Shown here piece after piece: positions 43,807 through 51,699 of a DNA stretch of 51,699 nucleotides. Source of the DNA: Armatimonadota bacterium. GTDB taxonomy: Bacteria; Armatimonadota; UBA10988. A program made the position numbers and the translations under genes. The stretch lies in contig JACRKZ010000107.1 of NCBI GenBank assembly GCA_016235455.1, positions 1 through 51,699 on the forward strand, read 5' to 3'. The notes under the pieces are model-generated. The model did not search any database, had not been told where the DNA came from, and worked only from the letters and a program-made list of their open reading frames with translations. Every line of letters starts with the position of its first letter. Within the stretch, counting starts at the first letter, position 1.

Positions 43807-45618
43807 GTGTCGGACTTCGTGGTGAAGGTCGGCGGTGAGGGCGGAACCGATTCGCCGACGACGGCCGGTGAGTTCATGGCTCAGGCGGCGATTCGCGAGG
43901 GGAATGCGATCTTCACGATGCGCAGTTTCCCCGCGGAGATCCGTGGCGGGTTGGCGACGTATTCCACGCGTCTCTGCGACCACGACGTGCTCAGCCAGGG
44001 CGACCGGCCCGACGTGCTGTTCTGCATGAACCAGGAGGCCTACGACAAGCTCGTCGGCGAGTTGGCGCCGGGCGGGGTGCTGGTCTTCGACACCGACAGC
44101 GTGACGCTCGACGCCGGCGCGCATGCCGACCTGACGCTCTATGGCGTGCCCATGCAGTCACTGGCCCAGGGCCATGTTGGCGAGAAGCGCACGAAGAATA
44201 TGGTGCTGCTGGGTGTGTTCTCGGCGCTGTTCGGCATGCCGCTCGATACGCTGAAGCAGTGCGTGCGCGACAAGTATGGCAAGCGCGGCGAGGAGCTGGT
44301 GGCGGTCAACCATCGGGCCCTGGAAGTGGGCAGCGAGTTCGTCGCCGAGTCGCTGACCAAGACTGATCCCTTCGCCTTCGAGCCGCATCCCGAAGCCGCG
44401 CGCCGGCAGATGATCATCGATGGCTCACAGGCCATCGGTATGGGCGCGCTGGCGGCCAAGGTCGAGTTCTTCGCCGGCTATCCCATCACCCCGGCCACGG
44501 ATGTGATGCAGTTCCTGGCCGAGCATCTGCCGCAGCTTGGCGGGCAGGTCATTCAGGTCGAGGACGAGATCGCCTCGCTGGGCGCCTGCCTGGGCGCGAG
44601 CTACACCGGCGCCAAGTCGATGACGGCGACCTCCGGCCCGGGCCTGTCGCTGATGGTGGAACTGCTCGGCCTGGCCACGATGGTCGAGCTGCCCGTGGTC
44701 ATCGTCGACGTGCAGCGCGGCGGACCCAGCACGGGCCTGCCCACCAAGACCGAGAACGGTGACCTGAACCTGGCAGCCTTGGGCGCGCATGGCGATGCGC
44801 CGCGCGTGGTCGTGGCGCCGGCCAATGTGCAGGACTGCTTCTACGACACGGTTGGCGCGTTCAACCTGTCCGAGGCCTATCAGACGCCAGTCATCCTGTT
44901 GTCCGACCAGTCCATGGCCATGCGCGCGCAGGCCATGGCCGTGCCCGACATGGATGCGGTGGAGCTTCGCGAGCGGCGCATTGTCGACGGCGAGCCTGGC
45001 CCGGGCTACCGGCGCTACGAACTGACCAGCGATGGCGTGTCGGCGGTGGCACTGCCCGGCACGGGCACCCGCGCCTACCACATGATCACCGGGCTCAACC
45101 ACGACGAGCTGGGCTATCCGTCGACCAACGACGGGCCGCTGAGCATGGCCATGATGAACAAGCGCCAGCGCAAGCTCGATGCCGTGCGCGGCGAGCCCGG
45201 CTGGTCGCGGCTGCATGGGCCGGACGAGGCCCGCATCGGCGTCATCTCGTGGGGCACCTGCGAGGGCGCCGTGGCCGAGGCCGTCGACCGCCTGAACGCT
45301 GAGCACCCCGAGGCGGCCCGAGCGCTGCATCTGCGCCTGGTGTGGCCGTTGCCGGTCGAAGAGATCATGGCCTTCGCCGCCACCGTGAAGCGCGTGGTGG
45401 TGGTGGAACTCAACTTCAGCGGACAGCTCAACCAGCTGATCCGCGCCGAGACCTTGCTGCCCACCGAGCTGGTGCGCAAGTTCGATGGCACTGTCTTCAC
45501 GCCGGGCGAGATCGCCGACCAGTTGCGCGACCTCATGCCCGAGCCCGTCGTACCACCTGCCGTACCGTCGTCCACGCTTCGCCGCCGGCCCACGCTGGCG
45601 AGCACTTTGGCTAAGTAG
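43807..45618 (+). CDS. korA: 2-oxoacid:ferredoxin oxidoreductase subunit alpha
   Basis: PAEIRGG, KNMVLLG, FAGYPITPAT, EDEIA, ATSGPGLSL, DVQRGGPSTGLPTK, VVELNFSGQL. GAGGAGG SD with a GTG start. Substrate not determinable. Confidence 0.92.
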   Translation: MSDFVVKVGGEGGTDSPTTAGEFMAQAAIREGNAIFTMRSFPAEIRGGLATYSTRLCDHDVLSQGDRPDVLFCMNQEAYDKLVGELAPGGVLVFDTDSVTLDAGAHADLTLYGVPMQSLAQGHVGEKRTKNMVLLGVFSALFGMPLDTLKQCVRDKYGKRGEELVAVNHRALEVGSEFVAESLTKTDPFAFEPHPEAARRQMIIDGSQAIGMGALAAKVEFFAGYPITPATDVMQFLAEHLPQLGGQVIQVEDEIASLGACLGASYTGAKSMTATSGPGLSLMVELLGLATMVELPVVIVDVQRGGPSTGLPTKTENGDLNLAALGAHGDAPRVVVAPANVQDCFYDTVGAFNLSEAYQTPVILLSDQSMAMRAQAMAVPDMDAVELRERRIVDGEPGPGYRRYELTSDGVSAVALPGTGTRAYHMITGLNHDELGYPSTNDGPLSMAMMNKRQRKLDAVRGEPGWSRLHGPDEARIGVISWGTCEGAVAEAVDRLNAEHPEAARALHLRLVWPLPVEEIMAFAATVKRVVVVELNFSGQLNQLIRAETLLPTELVRKFDGTVFTPGEIADQLRDLMPEPVVPPAVPSSTLRRRPTLASTLAK

Positions 45619-45629
45619 GAGAAAGACGT

Positions 45630-46646
45630 ATGGCACCCATCAACGAGACCCCCGATGCGGCCGTGCCGGCCTTGACCGCCGCGCCAACCGCCACCGTGGC
45701 CCGGCCGCAGCCCGGCACTCGCCGGCGGCCGGTGCGCCCGGCCGCGCTGCCCGAGGTGCTGCCGCTGGTGACGCCCGAGCCGCAGCCCACGGTCGAGCCG
45801 AGCTACACCGCCAAGGACTACCGCAGCGACAAGGAGCCCATCTGGTGCCCCGGTTGCGGCGACTTCGGCGTGCTGGCGGCGGTGACCGAGGTGTTCGCGC
45901 AGCGGCACATGGACCCGGACAACACGGTGCTGGTCTCAGGCATTGGCTGCAGCAGTCGCTTCCCCACGTTCCTCAAGGGCTTTGGCTTCCACAGTGTGCA
46001 TGGCCGCGCGCTCCCCGTGGCCACGGGCGTGGCCATGGCCAACCCGCGGCTGGATGTGGTGGTGGTGGGTGGGGACGGTGACGGCCTCAGCATCGGCGGC
46101 GGGCACTTCACGCACGCCTGCCGGCGCAATCCGAACATGACCTACCTGATGCTGGACAACGAGATTTATGGCCTGACCAAGGGCCAGGTTTCACCGACGA
46201 CCACCGACCTGAGCCTGGCCAAGAAGGCGCTCACCACGCCGTTCGGCACCTGGGAATGGCCGCTCGACCCGGTCTCGCTGGCGCTGGCCTACCAGGCCAC
46301 GTTCGTGGCCCGGGCCTACAGCGCGCGCAAGCAGGAGATGGTCGACATCATCGACCGCGCCATCGCGCATGACGGGTTCAGCTTTGTGCAGGTGATCAGC
46401 CCGTGCGCGTCGTTCTACAACAGCTTCCGCGCCAAGGCGCCGCAGGTCAAGGCGTTGGACGAAAGCCACGACACCCGTGACCGCGCCGCGGCCACCGCGC
46501 TGGCTGGCGATCATGCGGCGGTGTGGTTGGGCGTGTTCTACCAGGATACGCAGCCGACGCTGCGCGAGCGTTTCCACGACCTGGGCGAACTCGCGCAGAA
46601 GGGCCGCGAGCATGTGCTGGGCGAGGTCTTCGCCAAGTACATGTGA
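45630..46646 (+). CDS. korB: 2-oxoacid:ferredoxin oxidoreductase subunit beta
   Basis: WCPGCGDF, SGIGCSSR, HGRALP, GGDGDGLSIGGGH, DNEIYGLTKGQ.SPT, ISPC. Confidence 0.93.
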   Translation: MAPINETPDAAVPALTAAPTATVARPQPGTRRRPVRPAALPEVLPLVTPEPQPTVEPSYTAKDYRSDKEPIWCPGCGDFGVLAAVTEVFAQRHMDPDNTVLVSGIGCSSRFPTFLKGFGFHSVHGRALPVATGVAMANPRLDVVVVGGDGDGLSIGGGHFTHACRRNPNMTYLMLDNEIYGLTKGQVSPTTTDLSLAKKALTTPFGTWEWPLDPVSLALAYQATFVARAYSARKQEMVDIIDRAIAHDGFSFVQVISPCASFYNSFRAKAPQVKALDESHDTRDRAAATALAGDHAAVWLGVFYQDTQPTLRERFHDLGELAQKGREHVLGEVFAKYM

Positions 46647-46667
46647 GGGACGCCGGTAGGCGAGAAG

Positions 46668-46744
46668 CCCCATTGGAGTCCCCCGCGAGCGGGGGGACGG
46701 TGATCTAGCGCCGTCCCCGTGCGCGGGGAGGGCTGGGGTGGGGG
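46668..46744 (+). repeat. Family A palindromic doublet repeat, copy 5 (degenerate)
   Basis: CCCCATTGGAGTCCCCCGCGAGCGGGGGGAC...CCGTCCCCGTGCGCGGGGAGGGCTGGGGTGGGGG. Confidence 0.85.
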
Positions 46745-46779
46745 CCGAAGCCAGAGCCACCCCCAGCGCCCACCAACCC

Positions 46780-48204
46780 CTACTTGATGCCGATCTTGGC
46801 CAGCGACTCCTTCATCTCCTCGGCGTCGTGCAGGCCCGTGGTATCGGCTTGGACCACGCCGTCGCGGTCGATGAAGAGCGTGCGCGGGATGGCCGTGATG
46901 CCGTACGCCTTGTCCGTCGCTTTGCCGCCCTCACTCGTGGGATCGAGCCACAGGATGCGGAAGCCCACCGGGTTGTCGGCCAAGTGCTTGCGCACCAGGT
47001 CGCTGGTGCGGTCGGTCGAAACGCCGACCACCTTGAGGCCCTTGTCACGGTTGGCCCGATAGACCTCGTCGAGCACGGGCATGGACTTGCGGCACGGCGG
47101 ACACCAGGTGGCCCAGAAGTCCAGCACCACCGGCTTGCCCCTCATGCTCTTCAGCGACACGGGGTCGCCATCGAGCGTGGCGGCGGTGAAGTCAGGGGCC
47201 TTCTCGCCCACCAGGCTCTTCTCCTCGGGCGCCTTGAAGCCCTCGGGCGGCAAGCCAAGCAGCGCGCTGGGCAGGTCGGTCCACTTCTTGGCGGTGTTCA
47301 CCTTGGCCTGTTGGGGCGGCTGATAGCGGAAGCGATCCGCCGCGATGGCCACGTTCTGTCGGCAACTGGTGAAGCTGATCAGCACCTTGAGCTGCATGCC
47401 CTCCAGGCCCTTGGCCATGTCGGCCAGCGTGGCCTTGTCCTGCTTGGCCATGGGCGATTCCGCCATGACCCGGGCCAACTGCTTGCCCGAGATGTCGTAG
47501 GCGAGCTGGCGCGGCAGGCGTGTGCGGAGATCAACCCAGGCGGTGAAGCCGAGACCGTTCTTCATCTCCGCGGTGACCGGCACAGTGAGTCCGGGGCGCC
47601 GCAGCGTGCGCATCCACGCGCTGCCGCGGGCCACGCCCACGTAGCAACGCGTGATCTGCTTGGCCATGCTCTCGGGTTTGCTCGGGTCGATGCCCGTGCT
47701 CTTGGCCATCTCGGCGACCTGCTTCTTGAGCTCGGGATCATCCATGAGCTTCTCGAAGTCGGCCGGCGCCGGCGCCTTGGCGACGGACTTGCCGTCGCCC
47801 GCGTCGAGGTAGATGTCCTTGCCGTCGCTGACCGCGACGAAGTGCTGCTTCTCCTTGGTGCCATGCTCCACGCGCAGCAGGTTGGGCTTCTTGGCCTCCA
47901 CCGCGAAGCGGTTCTCCAGCTTGGTGCTGAACCCACCCATGCCGATCTCGAGCATGTAGCTGCCGGCCATGGCCATGCTCGTCGGCGGCTTGCCGCCCAG
48001 GAGCCGGTCGACCACGCCGCGCGGATTGGCGCGTACCGAGACGGCCAGCCCGCCCAGCAGCACCAGCGCGATGATGGCCAGCGAAGCCAGCACCACCACC
48101 ACGCGCCAGCCGCGTCGGCGGCGCCTGGGCGCGACCGGCACGGCGGGCAGCGCCTGCGGCTCGGGTGCCTCGTGAGGCACGCCGAGTTCGTCTTGCTCGT
48201 CCAT
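46780..48204 (-). CDS. Membrane-anchored TlpA/ResA-type redoxin with an N-terminal LolA/DUF2092-like domain
   Basis: Single TM; KKPNLLRVE...AVSDGK; APDFTAATLDG, VVLDFWATWCPPC, YGITAIP.TLFIDRDG. Confidence 0.88.
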   Translation of the reverse strand: MDEQDELGVPHEAPEPQALPAVPVAPRRRRRGWRVVVVLASLAIIALVLLGGLAVSVRANPRGVVDRLLGGKPPTSMAMAGSYMLEIGMGGFSTKLENRFAVEAKKPNLLRVEHGTKEKQHFVAVSDGKDIYLDAGDGKSVAKAPAPADFEKLMDDPELKKQVAEMAKSTGIDPSKPESMAKQITRCYVGVARGSAWMRTLRRPGLTVPVTAEMKNGLGFTAWVDLRTRLPRQLAYDISGKQLARVMAESPMAKQDKATLADMAKGLEGMQLKVLISFTSCRQNVAIAADRFRYQPPQQAKVNTAKKWTDLPSALLGLPPEGFKAPEEKSLVGEKAPDFTAATLDGDPVSLKSMRGKPVVLDFWATWCPPCRKSMPVLDEVYRANRDKGLKVVGVSTDRTSDLVRKHLADNPVGFRILWLDPTSEGGKATDKAYGITAIPRTLFIDRDGVVQADTTGLHDAEEMKESLAKIGIK

Positions 48205-48234
48205 GGCTGATACTCCCCTTGTTGCCGGCCGCGG

Positions 48235-48777
48235 TTAGCCGCCGCCGTTGCTGCCGCCCGCCTTGGGCGCTGGGGCCGGCGCGTTACCGCCGGCGGGGCC
48301 GCCCTTCATGCCGCCCTTCATGGCGCCGGCCATGCCGCCGAGACCCTTCATCATCTCTTCGCCCGTGGCCATCAGGTCCACTTTCCAGGCGCCGTCCTCT
48401 TTGACGGTGACGAAGTTCATGGTCATCTCGGTCATGCCCGACATCTTGGCCATGGCTTCGGGCATCTTGTGGGTGACCGGTACCTTGGCCTTGTCGCCTT
48501 CGATGACCGCCTTGCCGATGGTCGGCTGCGGCGCGTCCTTGTTGGCCTTGGGCATGGCGCCCATGCCGGCGGCCATGGCTTGCGAGTTCTTGGACAGCAC
48601 GGCCTTGAGCGCCGTGGCGTCACCGGCTGTCTGCGCTGCCATGAAGCCCGTCACGGCCTTTTCCGGCCCGCCGCCGCCACCGCCCATGAAGTACCAGGCC
48701 GCGCCGCCGATGGCTGCGACGACCAGTACACCAATGACCAAACCGATTTTCGACTGTCCCCGTTGACGATGCCCCAT
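48235..48777 (-). CDS. Membrane-anchored Met-rich protein with a DUF4878/NTF2-like domain
   Basis: N-terminal TM; PEKAVTGF...GD...IEGDKAKV...VKEDGAWKV; GGGAG SD; 18 Met in 180 aa. Confidence 0.7.
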   Translation of the reverse strand: MGHRQRGQSKIGLVIGVLVVAAIGGAAWYFMGGGGGGPEKAVTGFMAAQTAGDATALKAVLSKNSQAMAAGMGAMPKANKDAPQPTIGKAVIEGDKAKVPVTHKMPEAMAKMSGMTEMTMNFVTVKEDGAWKVDLMATGEEMMKGLGGMAGAMKGGMKGGPAGGNAPAPAPKAGGSNGGG

Positions 48778-48820
48778 GAGATTCTCCCTGTCGTGGCCGG
48801 TTGCCGCGAACGATCCACAC

Positions 48821-48846
48821 AACGTAATCGCTGGGCGCGTCGTTCC
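48821..48846 (-). promoter_or_regulatory. Putative ECF sigma promoter
   Basis: GGAAC-N17-CGTT on the minus strand, 43 nt upstream of the ATG at 48777. Confidence 0.55.
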
Positions 48847-48930
48847 TCGCGCCGCGCATGCTTGCCCGCGCGCGCGAACCGTCGCCCTGCGAGGCCATTC
48901 TGCCACACAATAGTCAGCGAGGACAGGAAG

Positions 48931-49518
48931 ATGGGCAAGTCGCGCATGGAAGCCTTCTCCGATGGCGTGCTGGCGATCATCATCACCATCATGGTGTTGG
49001 AGTTGCATGCGCCGCACGCCACGGATCTGGCCGCGCTACGGCCGCTGGTGCCGGTGCTCCTGTCGTATGTGGTGAGCTTCGTCTACATCGGCATCTACTG
49101 GAACAACCACCACCACATGCTGGCCACGCTGACGCACGTCACCGGCGCGGTGCTGTGGGCCAACCTCAACCTGCTGTTCTGGCTGTCGCTGCTGCCGTTC
49201 GTCACCGCCTGGGTCGGCCAGAACGGTCTGGCGCCGACGCCGTTGGCGCTCTACGGGGTCGTGCTACTCATGGCCGCCGTCGCCTACTTCGTGTTGCAAG
49301 GCGCCATCATCACCGCGCAGGGGCCCGAGTCGCTGCTGGCGCGGGCCGTGGGCAACGATGCCAAGGGGCGCGCCTCGCTGGCCATGTATGCCGCCGCCAT
49401 CGCGCTGGCCGGCCGCGCGCCGGGCCTGGCCGCCGGCTTGTATGTGGCGGTGGCCGTCGTCTGGCTGGTGCCCGATCGCCGCATCGAGCAGGTGCTGGCC
49501 GAGCAGCGGCGAAGCTGA
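48931..49518 (+). CDS. TMEM175-family (DUF1211) potassium channel
   Basis: RMEAFSDGVLAIIITIMVLEL, SYVVSF, YWNNHHH, LLPFVTAW, WLVPDRRIE. Confidence 0.93.
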   Translation: MGKSRMEAFSDGVLAIIITIMVLELHAPHATDLAALRPLVPVLLSYVVSFVYIGIYWNNHHHMLATLTHVTGAVLWANLNLLFWLSLLPFVTAWVGQNGLAPTPLALYGVVLLMAAVAYFVLQGAIITAQGPESLLARAVGNDAKGRASLAMYAAAIALAGRAPGLAAGLYVAVAVVWLVPDRRIEQVLAEQRRS

Positions 49519-49523
49519 TCGCC

Positions 49524-50126
49524 ATGGCACTCCTGCCCATGGGCTCCAAGGTGGCACTCACCGCTCAGGCCCAACGTAGCCTGCGCTACCCGCCGGCCGC
49601 CGACGCGGTGTTGACCATCGTCGTCCACCCCAACGCGGTGCGCGCGCCGGCTGATCCGCACACGCAGGCCGCGCACCTGGTCGACGGCGACCTCCGCTGG
49701 CTCGGCGCGCTGGGCGAGCCGCTGCTGGTGCCGGTCGACGCCGCGGTGGACCCCTACGCCCGCGCCGCGTTGGCGCCGTGCCTGGGCGGCGGCGAGCGCG
49801 CCTGGGAGGTCGTCTGGCCCAAGCTGCTGGTGGCCGACGGCGTGCGCCGCCCGTTGTCTACGGTCTACGACGGGCTGCGGCCTTGGGTCGTGCTCGGCCA
49901 AACCCGCGCGGGCGACCTGATTGCCGCGCCGCTCAACGACGTCACCAACCCTAAGTGGTTCACGCCCGTCGTGCGCTGGGATGAGATGGACTTCGACGGC
50001 AATGTCAAGGACTCGCAGGTGGAGCTGGCGCACCTGTGGACCCTGCCGGCGCACGTGCCCGGCATCGGCTGGTTCCTCGACGACGCCATCGACCGCGTTG
50101 AAGCGGCAGTCATGCAATACTTCTGA
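49524..50126 (+). CDS. Hypothetical protein (200 aa) with a C-terminal PemK/MazF-like domain
   Basis: Starts 5 nt after the TMEM175 stop. WEVVW...GLRPWVVLG...LIAAPL...DSQVELAHLWTL...IG...DRVEAAV follows the PemK pattern by eye. Confidence 0.6.
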   Translation: MALLPMGSKVALTAQAQRSLRYPPAADAVLTIVVHPNAVRAPADPHTQAAHLVDGDLRWLGALGEPLLVPVDAAVDPYARAALAPCLGGGERAWEVVWPKLLVADGVRRPLSTVYDGLRPWVVLGQTRAGDLIAAPLNDVTNPKWFTPVVRWDEMDFDGNVKDSQVELAHLWTLPAHVPGIGWFLDDAIDRVEAAVMQYF

Positions 50127-50142
50127 GTTGTGCGCTCCCAGG

Positions 50143-51675
50143 CTAGTCCTTCAGGCCGGGGTCCTTCTGGTTGACCCACTCGAACACCACTCGCCCGTCC
50201 GTGGCGCCGGACAGTTCGCGCTTGGCGCTGGCCCATTGGGCGAACGTTGCGCGCTGCTCCATGCCCGTGTAACCTGGGCCGTAGGGGTCTTCCTTGAGCG
50301 GGAAACCGTCGCCGCCGATGGCCAGGAAGTCGGTCATGACTACGCTGTAGGTCCGTGCGTCGTCCAACGGCGCGGCCGCCGCCGCGCTGGTGCCGACCCG
50401 CACGTCGGTCAGCTTGCCATCGACATAGCGGATGCGCAGTCCGCTGACCTGCGGGAAGCCGCCGTCGCCGTACTGCTGCGCGCCGTAGGTCAGGCACTCG
50501 CGCAGCTTGGCGCCGGTCAGCTTGACCTTGACCAGGAAGTTGTCGAACGGCAGCACCGAGTAGAGGTCGCCCGCGGTCATGTCGCCCTTGGCCAGCGGCG
50601 CGCGGAAGTTGCCGCCGTTGAACAGGCCGATGTCGGCGCCGGTCTGGAGCCGCAACGCGTCGGCCACCATGTTGGCCAGCGCGTTCTCGCGCGTGCGCAC
50701 GGTTTCGACCGAGAACTCCTGGAGCGATGTCGCGACGACCTTGCTCATCTCCTGCTTGATGCGCTGGTCGTAGTCGGTGATGAAGGCCTTCAGCCCGTCA
50801 TCCTCGGGCAGGTCGGGGCTCATGGCCTTGTACTCGTTCTTGGTCTCGGCCAGCCGGAAGCGCTGTGTCTTGTCAGCCCGTTCGAAGGTCAGCCGCAGCA
50901 CGCCCAGATAACGACCCCAGCCGTTGGTCTGCGTGACGACCACGTCGCCCACGCGGGTCGGCTCGTCGAGCTTGGTGTGGGTGTGACCGCCGACGATCAG
51001 GTCCAGGTCGGGCACCTCCTTGGCCAGCGCCAGATCGCGCTGGTAGCCCTGGTGGGTCAGCGCGATGACGATGTCGCAGCCGCTGCCGCGCAGGTAGCTG
51101 GCCAGGCCCCTCACGATCGGGCTGGGGTAGGCCAGCACGGAGTCCTTGACCTTGGGATGCGTCTCGCCCGGCAGCGTCTCGGTGGTCACGCCGATGATGC
51201 CGATGCGGTACGGGCCGCGCCGCAGCACGCAGTAGGGCTGTGAGACAGACAGGCCGCGCTCACGGTCGACGATGTTGGCGCAGAGCAGCTTGAAGTTGAC
51301 ATCGGCCAGCCGGCTGCGCAGCACCTCATACCCAAAGTCGAACTCGTGGTTGCCCAGGCACATGGCGTCGTAGCCCATCTGGTTCATGCATTCCAGGTCG
51401 AGGAATCCGGTCAGCAGGTTGGAGATGGGTGTGCCTTGGAACACGTCGCCGGCGTCGAGCAGCAGCCACTGGTAAGCGGTATCGGCCCGCTCGCGCTGGA
51501 TGGCCACACGGCGCCGAGCCACGCCGCCCCAGCCATCACGGCCGTCGTTGCGGAAGGGCAGGAGATGACCGTGGTGGTCGTTGGTGTGCATGACGCCAAG
51601 TCGGAACGTCTCGGCGGGCACGGCGGTGACGGCGAGCAGCAGGGCGACGACGGCACGGCACAGGACGCGACGCAT
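50143..51675 (-). CDS. Secreted bifunctional metallophosphatase / 5'-nucleotidase
   Basis: Signal peptide; HTNDHHG, LLDAGD.FQG, LGNHEFDFG, IVGGHTH, NGGNFR, LPFDN, PQVSG, GGDGF; AAGGAGG SD. Confidence 0.94.
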   Translation of the reverse strand: MRRVLCRAVVALLLAVTAVPAETFRLGVMHTNDHHGHLLPFRNDGRDGWGGVARRRVAIQRERADTAYQWLLLDAGDVFQGTPISNLLTGFLDLECMNQMGYDAMCLGNHEFDFGYEVLRSRLADVNFKLLCANIVDRERGLSVSQPYCVLRRGPYRIGIIGVTTETLPGETHPKVKDSVLAYPSPIVRGLASYLRGSGCDIVIALTHQGYQRDLALAKEVPDLDLIVGGHTHTKLDEPTRVGDVVVTQTNGWGRYLGVLRLTFERADKTQRFRLAETKNEYKAMSPDLPEDDGLKAFITDYDQRIKQEMSKVVATSLQEFSVETVRTRENALANMVADALRLQTGADIGLFNGGNFRAPLAKGDMTAGDLYSVLPFDNFLVKVKLTGAKLRECLTYGAQQYGDGGFPQVSGLRIRYVDGKLTDVRVGTSAAAAAPLDDARTYSVVMTDFLAIGGDGFPLKEDPYGPGYTGMEQRATFAQWASAKRELSGATDGRVVFEWVNQKDPGLKD

Positions 51676-51699
51676 GGCGGATCCTCCTTGGCGACAGCG

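Overview
High-GC bacterial chromosome segment with about 33 protein-coding genes. I found no rRNA, intact tRNA, CRISPR array, transposase or integrase. The many secreted glycan enzymes, Tat sulfatases and an HzsA-related cytochrome suggest a polysaccharide degrader of the Armatimonadota/PVC type (inference only). Main blocks in order: (1) the 3' part of cysN, with an atypical C-terminal domain; (2) a sulfatase, an NPCBM/HzsA-related diheme protein and a Hyi-family isomerase; (3) an ArsR-led six-subunit energy-converting-hydrogenase-related (Ehr/Hyf-like) operon; (4) UroD-like, EEP, hybrid kinase and M60 peptidase genes; (5) a glycan cluster with RhaT, a sugar isomerase, a beta-helix/PDZ protein, a multidomain GH, a sulfatase, GH78, a frameshifted beta-helix gene and an FAD oxidoreductase; (6) SNase, an LRR lipoprotein, 2-oxoacid:ferredoxin oxidoreductase alpha/beta, TlpA, a Met-rich protein, TMEM175, a MazF-fold fusion and a 5'-nucleotidase. 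The strongest candidate for an undescribed system is the Ehr complex: it lacks the NiFe ligands and also the N2 [4Fe-4S] cysteines of its small subunit. Other notable signals are a displaced fossil 3' end of the HzsA-like gene flanking the sulfatase, five sigma-H-like AGGN-N17-GAAN promoters, at least four palindromic repeat families (three supplying gene C-termini or stops), a 10-bp duplication frameshift, a TusA/DUF2249-like domain on CysN and an orphan MazF-like fusion. All calls are by eye from motifs; no searches were run.
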